A stretch of 64,000 bases of DNA from positions 1 to 64,000 of IMG/VR virus record IMGVR_UViG_3300009158_000045, one strand, 5' to 3'. The translations under genes were made by a program, and so were the position numbers. Below the pieces are notes generated by a model. It was not told where the DNA came from, made no database searches, and worked only from the letters and a program-made list of their open reading frames with translations. Origin of the DNA: a virus. Positions 28,101 through 37,101 of the stretch are shown here, in pieces (the stretch's first letter is position 1; every line of letters begins with the position of its first letter).

Positions 28101-31100
28101 TACCTACGCTAAAATGAGACTTGTACTTCAAGGCATAGGCGGAGACTTAAGTGCAGTAAATAGTAAAACTGCACAAGCAATGCTTCTTGTAAAAGAAGGA
28201 ATTGATAGTGCAGCCTTAGCAATGGCCACGGGAACCGATGAACAGGGAATACAAGTTCAATCTGGTAACTTGACAGCGCTAGTCACTCTAGTAAATCATT
28301 ATAAAAAAGCTTCATTGGACGCAGCCTTGGCATCCACCTCAGCAGCAAAGAAAGCAGCTGATGGAAATAAAGCAGAAATTAAATCAATTCAAGAAAAAAT
28401 TGCTGCAATTAACGATGAGGCTGATGCAAGAAAGAGAGCTCTAGAACAACAGACAGCAACAGAAGATGCAAAAATACAATTAAAGAAATTGCAGTTGGAC
28501 TATCAAGATGCAATCGCTACTGGAAATACAAAAGATGCAGCGCAAATACAACTTTCAATTAGACAGCTTGTTCTTCAGACTAATAAAACTCAAGCGCTAG
28601 CGGCTATAGAAGAAAAAAGAAATGCGGACTTAAAAATACAGAATGCTCTTCTAGCAAAAGCACAAGAAAAAGCAAATGCAGCACAACTTAAAGCAACAAA
28701 CCAATCCACTGCAGCACAAAATGCAGCAAATACATTATCAACGATACAATCAATTCAATCAACAATTGCAAGCTTGATTAGCCAAAGAGCAACAGCAGAC
28801 CCAACGACAGAAGCTGGCAAACTAGTAATAGCTGGCCTGGATTCGCAATTTAAAAAACAACTTGCAGAACTAACAAAATATGGAACCCTTGGTAAAAATG
28901 CAGCAAACGCTCTTTCTCCAGGTGGAATATATAATGCAAAACTTCCATCAACTGATTACAGCTCATCGTTAGCAAAGCTTAGCGCAGACGCATTAAAAAC
29001 CGCCTCCAGTAAATTTGTAGGAGGAGTAGACAAATTTGCATTGTATGTTGATAAGTTAAGCGGAACATCTGGTTTAGCTTATTCTGACCCAACAGAAACA
29101 ACACCATTAAAATTTGCTGGCGTCAAAATAGGAGATGCTGTGTATATGCGCTTCTCTTCAGGCGATGGAAAGAAAAACATTCAGGTAGCAACCGAGAAGA
29201 ATTTCACAGATGATGCTTATAATGCATATATCAAAAATGGATGGAAGTTCATTGAGTACGCTACAGAAAAAAATAGTTCCCCAGAGCATGTGTATCATCA
29301 AATTCTAGGCCGCAAGGTTCCAAAAGCTGCAACTGGTGGTCAAATTCTTCATTATGAACCAGGCGGAACAGTACGGGGACCTGGAACAGCAACATCTGAT
29401 TCTATTCCCGCACTGCTTTCAAATGGAGAGTATGTAATAAGAGCCTCCTCAGTTAAAAAATATGGAACAGAAACATTTGAGGCACTTAATGCTGGAAGAT
29501 TTGCAGATGGCGGTTTAGCTCAAGATCCTAATAAAGTTTATCTTCCAGATGGTACTGAAGCTCGTAGGATGTCACGTGAAGAGCGTGATGCCAATTATAG
29601 AGCAAGCCGTGAAAGATTCCTTGCACAACGTAAAGCCTATAAAGAATTTGTTATGCCGCAAGAAACTCATAAAGAATATCTAAATAGAATGAAGCAAATG
29701 GGTTATCTAATGGGTGGAGCAATTCCAGGATTTCACAAGGGCGGAAAAGCTCATAAGCATCCAAAACTAACTCCATTATCAGATCTAGGAGAAACAACTA
29801 AGTCTCAAATAAAATATTTGGAAGACTGGACTACATTATTAAATACATACTATGGTGCAAAGTATAAAGATCTTCTTAGTTTACCTGAAGGACAAAACAT
29901 TGTATCTAAATTATCTTACTCTAAAATTTTAGATGGATCAATAAAAAGATCGGATCCCGCATCATGGGCTCAAGATTCTGAACACATCAATGCATTTTGG
30001 GATAGCTCTAATAGAAGAATTACAATGGGGCTTGCAAATTCTTTAAATCCAATTTTGAATCCAAACCCACTTTATATACCAGGAACATTAGATGATCTGC
30101 ATGCAACAAAATCAACAGCTTCTAAAAATCAATCTCCAATAAACTTTTTAGAAGGCATTGCAAAAAATGTTAAAAATAATCCATATTCAAGAATGGAAGT
30201 TTTAAATACATTATTCCATGAATTTGGCCATGCACTGCAGTCCAGTATAAGATCACAACAAACTTATTCTCAAATGTTAATGGGTATTAATGACCCTAAA
30301 GGTATTAACAATATTGAAACGTCGGCAGATCTTATGTCTGGTGGAATATTTAAAGAAATGTACCAGAATGGATATATTCCTCAAGTTACAGATTCAATTT
30401 TACAAAATATATTTTCAAGCAAAATTCTTACTGGAACCGCAACACAGCTACCAGCATTTGAAAAAGATGGGTGGCACCCAACAAATGAAAACTTTAGATT
30501 TGCTACATGGGCAAAAGGATTCCAAGTTGGGGACACAGCAGCACTTGACGATTCTCTTGTAACTAAAAAACAAAAACTTACTAGTGGAGAGACTGAATTT
30601 AAGCCAATTAAATTTGCTGATATTGCTAATTTAGAAGCAGCAAAAGCCGCAATAACTGCAGCTATGGTTCCAAGCGGATTTCATAGAGGTGGACAAGTTG
30701 GGCATCAGCATACAGGAGAAGCAGCAAAACCACAACTTAAATATTTCCCATGGCGCCCAGACCTACCAAACTACTGGAGTAATGGAAAGCCAACAGGAAG
30801 TCCTTGGACTGGAAGATGGGGCGAGCTAAGATATAGTCCTTCAAAGGGTAAAGACATCTGGGGCGGTACAGAAATACCAGGACTCAAGTTCAGCGGTAAA
30901 TTTGCACAGCACTCAGACTACTGGCATCAAATGACTGAACAGCCAAGTAAATCAAGTGGTTCAGGAATGGGTATAGATAAATACACTCCTCCATTAGTTG
31001 GCTCTGGTGCATCTGCATGGTCTGGTGGCCTACTTGGCGGCGGCGGCGGAAACATGATTGGTTTCCACAAAGGCGGGCCAGTTGGTCATAGGCATGGAAG

Positions 31101-33237
31101 AAACTTACCTGGGTCTCTATTTAGATGGAATCCATATCCTAAAGACATGCCAGATTACTGGAGTGATGGAAGCCCATCAGGCAGCCCTTACACTCAAAGA
31201 TGGGGAGCGCTAAGATACGGTCCTGCCAAGGGTAAAGACATCTGGGGCGGAACAGAGATACCAGGTCTTCCATTTAGTGGAAAGATACCTAATCGCTCAG
31301 ATTACTGGCATCAGATACTAGAGCAGCCAAATAAATCATCTGGACCAGGAATGGCCGTCGATAAGTCTACACCTCCATTAGTTGGTTCTGGAGCATCTGC
31401 ATGGTCTGGTGGCCTACTTGGCGGCGGTGGTGGAAACATGTTCCATAAAGGCGGGCTAGCAGAAGCTGGTCATAAACATGGAATAGCAGGTCTATGGGAT
31501 AAGTTTAAAAATCAAGCAAACAAGTCCTTAACTGGTGCAGCCGCAGCTGATACTTTAAATCAAGCAGGGTATCTGGGACAACTAGCACTAAGTAGTGTAG
31601 CAAAGAATATAGTTCCTAAACCAAGTAAAGAGCAGGACAAATCTTTTCAAGAGTTTACACAAATACCTTCAATATACAGAGCCCTTACTGGAAAAACTGA
31701 TGAGGGCCCACTAGGTCAAATAAGTCCAAAAGCTGGCGCAGTTGCTGACTGGGCTGGGCTACTTACATTTTTTACACCTTACCGCTCATCTGGACGTGCA
31801 GCCACACATGCCGCAGGATCGGCTGCAGCATCTGCAGCATTACCAACAGTCCCGCTATCACCAATGGAAATGTTTAGAGGACAGTTTCCAACCCTTGATC
31901 CAAGCATGTTGCCAAAAGGCACTCTCAGCACAGGAACAAAAATAAAGCCTTGGGAACTGCAAACATACAAAAAAATACTTGCAAGACATTATTTAGCAAA
32001 ACAACCAGACCCACGAACATTGACTCAACACGAAGTTGCAGTTCTAGCAGATATGAAGGTTCCTGGCTTTGAAGACTTAAGAGTACACACCGAACACACT
32101 GCAGACTACATTGCTGATGACTTAAGGTTAAAAAGCACATTTGATTACAAATCTCCTTTGACCAAATCAGTATCTACAGTTGAGGAGCTTTTAAGTAAAT
32201 CTTTATTCCACGGAGGAAACCTACCAACAGTAGATGGAAAAATTGATTTAAAAAATAGAACTGGATTAAATAGCTGGTATGGCGGGCAGATGTTTGCAGC
32301 AGAAGATTACAGGCAGGCATTAGCCTATCTTTTAAAGTCCCCAGACAACTCAGTATACTCTATTACATCTGCATTGAAAAAAGAAGATGTCATAGACCTT
32401 AGACATAATGCAAACACATTAGCTTCACAGCAACCGTTTGTATTTGCAAAATTATTAAGAGATATAGAGTCGGGCAAAATTACACTTCAAGACCATCAGT
32501 CAAAAGATTTTGTTTACTCAACTTTGCTAGCCCAAGAGGGAGGAAGATACCCTCATGCTGCTGCTCCTGGAGCACTCAGAGATAAGATTTTCCAACTATA
32601 CTTTAAAAACATTTCCCCATGGCTAGCAGAAAATGGAATAAAAGCAATTGTTCACAGAAATGGAACAAGGGTTGCTATACCAGAGATAGGAACATCAGTA
32701 GCAGACAACCCAACTAGAGTACAAGATTTTGGCCAGACTGGTACCGATGCAATAGCCTACACCACGGTAGACGGCTCAATTGGACAGATACAAAAACATA
32801 CCATAACTAGTCAGCAGGTCAAAGATATTGTTGCAAGAATACAAGCATCGAATCCAGATGTTAAATCTTCTAGGCTTGAATCAGAAATCATGGCATTGCT
32901 CAGACAGTCTACAGAAATTCCTCGCAAGGCAATGGGTGGACTAGTGGTTCCACAGGCTAAGGATTGGTCAAATAAAGCTAAATTTGCTACTGGCGGTATG
33001 GTAAATAAAGCTAAATATAATTTGCCTTCACCATCTGTATCTATTAATAAATCAATGATGCCTAATTCAAATAATAGCGCAGTTCATCATTATGATGTTG
33101 GTGGGCTTGTTGTTAACGCTCAGCCTGGACAAGATGAAAAAACTATTGCTACAATGGTAGTTAACATGTTAGATCAAAAGAATATGATGAGAGAAGCTAT
33201 GTATGGAAGACAAAGATCTATGAGCGGAGGTAATTAA
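22168..33237 (+). CDS. tape measure protein (TP901-like core) with C-terminal cargo domains, 3689 aa
   Basis: Follows the chaperones. Ala-rich helical N-terminus (EGANALKSALASL), hydrophobic segments, and GPGTATSDSIPALLSNGEYV / IVGEKGPELFIP motifs. Contains an HEFGH peptidase and an ART-like module. Confidence 0.93.
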   Translation: MSAPQFINTNIVATANFSSLTSQLSAVTSQLLKLQQTVIGTNKIFQNQVSVMNRAFAENMRSTGQFATHFVTLSSDVENFGRNLDSGKLKLSRYFKTWQDHTKTSGGLIRQLAQQQVTLQNAVIQPLGKNAQGLMQYNVHVAQGLDTIANKTALAAMQAKILNKVMQDGANQLINWGKNTQWAGRQLTVGLTLPLAMFGQAASKAFLEADKELVRLTKVYGGLAATSASDLKKIRNEVSATAKELAAQYGASYTATIGLAADIAATGKQGQDLLDSTVQTTRLAILGEVEHAEAMKATLAIQSTFKQSTDELTQSIDFLNAVENQTSTTLNDLVIAIPKAGPVIQAMGGSVKDLSLLLVAMKEGGINASEGANALKSALASLINPTKVAKAMFADFGIDLTEIVEKNAGNLTGTIMALQSALDKLNPLQKQQAIEQLFGKFQFSRLNALFANLGKQGSQTLQVLDLMNASAGDLANLSSRELAQITESASGKFRRALESVKADMAQIGNSFLSIGTTILNIISGIVKFFGKLPDPLKKALTFLGGITAVAGPLIMLTGVLANFFGYIVKGLFHFKALFKGGEGWKYLTPEILAAEKAGSLIEKTFYSDAKAAATLEVSLHGLAAAYKDLEGKILAANIAAQPTISTIAGSPILQGSTRVADPSHPLIGQPYSRSMAHLNPVSKMTEVERLSQTIFSTVPNPAPVNRKVGANPQMYMTGDMPLIPGLTSVNGASTGIIASEAAKWHSMTAALAMQSEQELVLLKREVAATGGITTSLSGSYQKLLPEMTKLTTHAAQEGAKIVAALEAGALTVAQAQAEIVALNARIEAMMVQTASQIAAIESRSINLTSVPLLSQPIIDPITGKSNMKEVFRPGRTASTIDAIADALGVRTSGGGYSIATTKPKFLPIVKRNTGGEIFTAEGGAFVPGVGNTDTVPAMLTPGEFVVNKKQTQKDPQGLRDYNAGRAVIVPVQKFLTGGEVLEGAHFSGNVKLTGEQIKNAPRLFDALPPHMQASVLQFPGQTFLIQDSQILTLPRILNKKLRLASRANLSKEQALGHIRGVPAATMFSGWNLDERLKERLKAELLTQISLSTPADPAAGYRDPDMERIFKTTKERLLNDTSLDYEDIKKFAFSFREAEQKTKVVLTTLKDVEASAKIFASAKKLEKLKTELGIDIPKPDEVTRFSTSKNADVTKSVGWFDANAKRIAERYFARYPDKKDISIPNSQGKRNIWVNSGNGVATVHEGGATTAKLREAVVLVIDELTGRVRVGKLNPIFAPRDPKAATMTRRWIAGRATGGPVNKNTPYIVGEKGPELFIPRHDGGIIPNNKLNSGGPVAGVRYYGTGSGDGPVTADTFGSVAQAKKALRSGNPAVRAAAQTWLLAQSAKGSQVAVGGTPGVFQGEQSPGTRGSYTRGRGFTDYQIRGSQVSGIHAMPTYRPIYDNNPFRGWQPGVGTMAAASSLKLASSDAYARAGARLTVLQLAALNKLLEVQTSAKNALQTTGIVIKELRGTTTAKLSDAYARSTYRPTSWRELSPFNPTGYNARRVPGQPFGASLGNHPFAVSMAASAGGMYAASKIKNPAIAGIVSTMAGVLPFMLPQMLMQKKAAKAAMLNDEARLLAERNGTTIAQERQALVAKQQAEKAAAQAARTSALASKTGMGSKIAAGAEKGMLALMLAQGAKVSGIFARIGPMIFRIASILKSLSIPGLIITALIMIGKYFWDAHKAAQAAIQAQSDSFKLNAKQAKQAGIAYVDFKKKVEDVREQQRLMMEAGRIALQSNKNSSIGGLVFSYQELKKATKDAKKNMPDVVKMFDDLNFDQVADAAANLKVQFVSQGMSAEKAAIKIYGIVAASNKAGQAADAISTKAFMAIQDKSTAATASVQGLAKAIKSDLDAKIIVSSFEAMVSAVDASTKALIGTKDETGKVITEAEALEATFKQIHSTQQGNVQLGEDGLKALQDQNPLLIGILNKNDTIAGTYAKMRLVLQGIGGDLSAVNSKTAQAMLLVKEGIDSAALAMATGTDEQGIQVQSGNLTALVTLVNHYKKASLDAALASTSAAKKAADGNKAEIKSIQEKIAAINDEADARKRALEQQTATEDAKIQLKKLQLDYQDAIATGNTKDAAQIQLSIRQLVLQTNKTQALAAIEEKRNADLKIQNALLAKAQEKANAAQLKATNQSTAAQNAANTLSTIQSIQSTIASLISQRATADPTTEAGKLVIAGLDSQFKKQLAELTKYGTLGKNAANALSPGGIYNAKLPSTDYSSSLAKLSADALKTASSKFVGGVDKFALYVDKLSGTSGLAYSDPTETTPLKFAGVKIGDAVYMRFSSGDGKKNIQVATEKNFTDDAYNAYIKNGWKFIEYATEKNSSPEHVYHQILGRKVPKAATGGQILHYEPGGTVRGPGTATSDSIPALLSNGEYVIRASSVKKYGTETFEALNAGRFADGGLAQDPNKVYLPDGTEARRMSREERDANYRASRERFLAQRKAYKEFVMPQETHKEYLNRMKQMGYLMGGAIPGFHKGGKAHKHPKLTPLSDLGETTKSQIKYLEDWTTLLNTYYGAKYKDLLSLPEGQNIVSKLSYSKILDGSIKRSDPASWAQDSEHINAFWDSSNRRITMGLANSLNPILNPNPLYIPGTLDDLHATKSTASKNQSPINFLEGIAKNVKNNPYSRMEVLNTLFHEFGHALQSSIRSQQTYSQMLMGINDPKGINNIETSADLMSGGIFKEMYQNGYIPQVTDSILQNIFSSKILTGTATQLPAFEKDGWHPTNENFRFATWAKGFQVGDTAALDDSLVTKKQKLTSGETEFKPIKFADIANLEAAKAAITAAMVPSGFHRGGQVGHQHTGEAAKPQLKYFPWRPDLPNYWSNGKPTGSPWTGRWGELRYSPSKGKDIWGGTEIPGLKFSGKFAQHSDYWHQMTEQPSKSSGSGMGIDKYTPPLVGSGASAWSGGLLGGGGGNMIGFHKGGPVGHRHGRNLPGSLFRWNPYPKDMPDYWSDGSPSGSPYTQRWGALRYGPAKGKDIWGGTEIPGLPFSGKIPNRSDYWHQILEQPNKSSGPGMAVDKSTPPLVGSGASAWSGGLLGGGGGNMFHKGGLAEAGHKHGIAGLWDKFKNQANKSLTGAAAADTLNQAGYLGQLALSSVAKNIVPKPSKEQDKSFQEFTQIPSIYRALTGKTDEGPLGQISPKAGAVADWAGLLTFFTPYRSSGRAATHAAGSAAASAALPTVPLSPMEMFRGQFPTLDPSMLPKGTLSTGTKIKPWELQTYKKILARHYLAKQPDPRTLTQHEVAVLADMKVPGFEDLRVHTEHTADYIADDLRLKSTFDYKSPLTKSVSTVEELLSKSLFHGGNLPTVDGKIDLKNRTGLNSWYGGQMFAAEDYRQALAYLLKSPDNSVYSITSALKKEDVIDLRHNANTLASQQPFVFAKLLRDIESGKITLQDHQSKDFVYSTLLAQEGGRYPHAAAPGALRDKIFQLYFKNISPWLAENGIKAIVHRNGTRVAIPEIGTSVADNPTRVQDFGQTGTDAIAYTTVDGSIGQIQKHTITSQQVKDIVARIQASNPDVKSSRLESEIMALLRQSTEIPRKAMGGLVVPQAKDWSNKAKFATGGMVNKAKYNLPSPSVSINKSMMPNSNNSAVHHYDVGGLVVNAQPGQDEKTIATMVVNMLDQKNMMREAMYGRQRSMSGGN
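30676..31440 (+). repeat. tandem duplication (~380 bp x2) inside tape measure
   Basis: Copies at 30676-31056 and 31060-31440 share KGKDIWGGTEIPGL, SDYWHQ and TPPLVGSGASAWSGGLLGGGGGNM. Confidence 0.9.
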
Positions 33238-33239
33238 TA

Positions 33240-33713
33240 ATGGCTAGAAATACTATGCCCAGAGGTTCAGCCTTGCAAATATATGCAACTGATTGGACAA
33301 TAAATGGTGGAGACAATACTGTAAAATATAATAAAGTCACAGAGCATAATAGATCAGATATTGCCATACAGACTACAAGATATGAGAAATCTATGCGAAT
33401 GGCGGATGGAAGCCTAAGAAAATTTTTTATTAAAGATAAAAGAGTTTTTTCTGTTTCCTGGGACATGCTACCAGCCTATAGAACATTAACGGTAGATAAT
33501 TGCTGGGGCGCTGAAGATCTTAGATATTTTTATAATTCAATAGAAGGACAAAAAGAATTTTTAATTAAAATTAATTTAGCAAAAGACGGAACAAATCAAG
33601 AAAACACTGGATTTGAATTATTTAATGTTGTTATATCGAGCCTGTCATTTACGCTATTAAAAAGAGGTCTTCAGCCATTTTGGAATGTATCCTTAACAAT
33701 GGAAGAAGTCTAA
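33240..33713 (+). CDS. distal tail-like protein
   Basis: Directly after TMP. RMADGSLRKF...FSVSWDMLP...WNVSLTMEEV. Confidence 0.65.
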   Translation: MARNTMPRGSALQIYATDWTINGGDNTVKYNKVTEHNRSDIAIQTTRYEKSMRMADGSLRKFFIKDKRVFSVSWDMLPAYRTLTVDNCWGAEDLRYFYNSIEGQKEFLIKINLAKDGTNQENTGFELFNVVISSLSFTLLKRGLQPFWNVSLTMEEV

Positions 33714-36700
33714 TGCTAGTAACAACACCTGCCTCTAATGATACAGTAGTTAAAGATTTATTTATAAAAGATAATGTTATTAAGACTGCGGCTGGTTGCT
33801 ATATAGAATACAACATGAATTTGATGACTAACTTAAAGGATTCAAGCATCACTGGTCCAGCATACACATCACCCACTTATGTTAAATTTAAAAAGTTATT
33901 CCCAATAGACAGCATGATAAAGCCATTTAGACCAATAACATCTGGCATTAAGTATGCAATTCTAGGAGACCTACCAGCAAAAAGTTGGGGAAGCCCAAAA
34001 AATAATACTACCCCATTAAATTATAGAATTTATATACCTGGCAAAGATACATCATATCAGTATTGGATTAGCGAAAAGGGTCAGGGTACTGGCTTGACAC
34101 CACTTTCAATTACATATCCAAAAAAAATACTTGTAAATAAAATAGTTGTTAAATTTGAAGTATCGCATGACAAACCAGCAACATGGACTGTTTCTGCAAA
34201 ATTAAATAGCGGAGCTTTAGAAACAATTAAAACAGGAACTTCATCCGACATACCAGGTTTTGTTGCTGGCTCTTATAATGCTGGAGTAATAAACTTATAC
34301 TACACTGGAACATCATGGTCATTAAATGAAAGTGATTTAAATCCAAATGCATACAAAGAGTATACAAATATACAGCTTGCGTTTACAGCGGCAGCTAATT
34401 CGGGATATGTTGCAGTAACAGAATTTTCACCAAGATGGGTAAAAGACATATCCTCATCTGTTGTGGATTTTAGCTTTACAAAAGAAGCTTCTTCTGGGTC
34501 AGAAGATGTTTTGCCTGTTGGATATGTAAGCGCAAATTCATTTACTTTAAATTTAAATAATTATAATACTTCTACCCCACAAATTATTAATTATTCAAAA
34601 GACGATGCTTTTGTTTTTGATGCTTCAAAAATATATATCTATAAACAAGTTGAGATGAAACCATTTTTTAAAATATACCATTCTGCTGGTACGTACGGAA
34701 CTGCAGATGCAACTTTTAAATCTTTAGACAAATATGACATTTTGTCTCAAGGAACTTATTTTGTTGATAATTGGACAATGTCTGAGTTTAATGATGTAAA
34801 CGTTGTGTGTTTAGACGCAGCAAAAATACTTCAAGAAACTATAGCTCCTCCAATACTTTGCGACAATTACTCGGTTATTGCGATACTCAGAACCTTATTG
34901 GATTCAATTGGATTTACATCATACAAGTTTAATTTAACAGACAGCGATCAATCAATTATAACCCCAGATTTCTGGTGGAGCGATGAAACAAAAACAGTTT
35001 GGTCTGTAATTCAAGAACTATGTAGAGACGTACAAATGACAGCAGTGGTAGATGAAAATAATATTTTACAATTTTATACAAGAGAATATATGTATACAAG
35101 TAACAATAAATCTGTTGCTTGGAATTTTACACAATCACAAAAAACAATTGGATCGAAGGTATACAGGCCAAATATAATTGATTTAAATAAAAAACTATTG
35201 CCCGTAGCAAATCAAGTAAAAATAACTTGGCAAGCTGTCGCAACCTCAAACTACGACAAGTCGGCGGCACCTCTATGGAGATCGAATACCTCAGTGCTAT
35301 CAGCATCCGCATTAATATTAGATTTAAATGCAACAGATAAATCTTTGTATAACGTAGATACTGGAGAAGTCGTTGCTGGGTCTCAAAAATATATTTGGCT
35401 AAATCCAATATCAAGTTCATTTGAACAGATGACTACTTTAAACTCTTATAACGGATACTTAGTTGTCGACAATGAAATTATAGAATATGATGCAATACAA
35501 TACATTTATACCCCATTGGCAGGAGGTGCTCAGCAATCTGTTGACATAATGAGCGAGTCTGATATAAAAAGATACAGGTCCTTGGCTGGACCTAACAGCC
35601 TAGATTTTCAAAGCAGTAAGGCGTACAGAATAAAAACAAGAGGAGCCTTCAATACAACACCAGCAGCCCACTCAGCGTCAGATTCTCAGGTTGCCTCATG
35701 GACAGCAAAGTCTACAGACTTTAAAACTGCAACCGCCATTAAGGCAGGAACATCAGCAAAGAAAGATAAGTTTACAAACAATAAGTCTTTATATGTTCTA
35801 AGCAAAGATCCAAACGATAAGGATATAAAAAAATATTCTATTGCATATAAAAAATTTGCTGAGCTTGATACTACAAGCACATACTATGCATTTGGAACAA
35901 CATTATTTTTTGATAGTAATATTGATACTGGAAATGCTTCTGGTGGGTTTATGTTTTTTGCAGATGATACAGGGCTTAATGGATATTATATTAATATAGA
36001 TACAACTTCTAATGCCGCTGCATATGGATCAAAAGAATTTAAAATTAGAAAAATACAAAATGGAGTCATACAGACACTACCAGACAGCCAGTCGGCTTCA
36101 AGCTCTTCTTTAAATGGAGTTTATGATTTAGAGTCTTATAAGATTGATGTATTTGTTAAATATACTCCCCCGCAGTACCCAGCGTCATTATCAAAGCCTG
36201 CAACGGTTGAAATAAAGGCATATATAAATGGATTTCAAATATCGGCAGTAGATAAGTATCTTTTGTCTACTAATGGCAAATCACCAGACAACCTCATACC
36301 AGCACCAAATAAAACAGTAACCTTAGTTTGCAATACTGGAACTATTAATTTTGATTATATATATGGTATACCGATTGCAAAAGATTACTACGATCAGTCA
36401 AAACTATTTTCTGTATATAATGGACAATTCTCTGACCTCATAACAAAATCATTATTGTCAGAAGCAATAACGGGATCAGTCAATCTGCAGACAGAAATCC
36501 CTAGAGGCGGCTTCCTAGAAGAATTTGGAACGGTTGCAAGAGAACTTAGATATATAAACACTAAATACTCTTCGCCCCCACAAGCAGCATATCCTTTATA
36601 CGCATCGACTTCTATTAATCAGCTAGCAAATGTTATTTATAGTAAATTAAGTACATTTGGAGCAGAGGTGTATGTTTTAAATAACTCTGGTACTTCCATT

Positions 36701-37081
36701 CCATTAGACGATGGTGCGTCTACATCTTTCTATGTGTTAGGCAAAACAATTAATCAGACTGGTTCTTCAGAATATACTAATCATGAATTGAGCAAATATG
36801 CTGTGCAGGAACCAGTATCATTTGCATCCTCATGGATACAAAAAGAATCCGATGCCATTGCCCTAGCTAGCTGGATAGAGTCTATTTGGTCAAAGAAACA
36901 AGAAGTTGTAAATTTAACAGTTTTTGGAAACCCGTTTCTTTCTATTGCAGACATAATAGCAATAGATTACGAATATAATGGTCTATCATACAATACTCAA
37001 AAATTTGTAATAACTAGCATTTCACACACATATTCTATGGGATTGGAGACGACCATTAGCTGCCGAACCCTGGTTAGCTAA
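33713..37081 (+). CDS. tail tip/baseplate hub protein (~1120 aa)
   Basis: ATG 33713 via TAATG coupling. C-terminus VFGNPFLSIADIIAIDY...FVITSISH is typical of hub/Tal proteins. Confidence 0.7.
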   Translation: MLVTTPASNDTVVKDLFIKDNVIKTAAGCYIEYNMNLMTNLKDSSITGPAYTSPTYVKFKKLFPIDSMIKPFRPITSGIKYAILGDLPAKSWGSPKNNTTPLNYRIYIPGKDTSYQYWISEKGQGTGLTPLSITYPKKILVNKIVVKFEVSHDKPATWTVSAKLNSGALETIKTGTSSDIPGFVAGSYNAGVINLYYTGTSWSLNESDLNPNAYKEYTNIQLAFTAAANSGYVAVTEFSPRWVKDISSSVVDFSFTKEASSGSEDVLPVGYVSANSFTLNLNNYNTSTPQIINYSKDDAFVFDASKIYIYKQVEMKPFFKIYHSAGTYGTADATFKSLDKYDILSQGTYFVDNWTMSEFNDVNVVCLDAAKILQETIAPPILCDNYSVIAILRTLLDSIGFTSYKFNLTDSDQSIITPDFWWSDETKTVWSVIQELCRDVQMTAVVDENNILQFYTREYMYTSNNKSVAWNFTQSQKTIGSKVYRPNIIDLNKKLLPVANQVKITWQAVATSNYDKSAAPLWRSNTSVLSASALILDLNATDKSLYNVDTGEVVAGSQKYIWLNPISSSFEQMTTLNSYNGYLVVDNEIIEYDAIQYIYTPLAGGAQQSVDIMSESDIKRYRSLAGPNSLDFQSSKAYRIKTRGAFNTTPAAHSASDSQVASWTAKSTDFKTATAIKAGTSAKKDKFTNNKSLYVLSKDPNDKDIKKYSIAYKKFAELDTTSTYYAFGTTLFFDSNIDTGNASGGFMFFADDTGLNGYYINIDTTSNAAAYGSKEFKIRKIQNGVIQTLPDSQSASSSSLNGVYDLESYKIDVFVKYTPPQYPASLSKPATVEIKAYINGFQISAVDKYLLSTNGKSPDNLIPAPNKTVTLVCNTGTINFDYIYGIPIAKDYYDQSKLFSVYNGQFSDLITKSLLSEAITGSVNLQTEIPRGGFLEEFGTVARELRYINTKYSSPPQAAYPLYASTSINQLANVIYSKLSTFGAEVYVLNNSGTSIPLDDGASTSFYVLGKTINQTGSSEYTNHELSKYAVQEPVSFASSWIQKESDAIALASWIESIWSKKQEVVNLTVFGNPFLSIADIIAIDYEYNGLSYNTQKFVITSISHTYSMGLETTISCRTLVS

Positions 37082-37082
37082 A

Positions 37083-37101
37083 TGGTATAATAAATATTAT
37101 G
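37083..37101 (+). promoter_or_regulatory. leaderless extended -10 promoter
   Basis: TGGTATAAT (37083-37091), 7 nt, ATG 37099. Confidence 0.6.
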
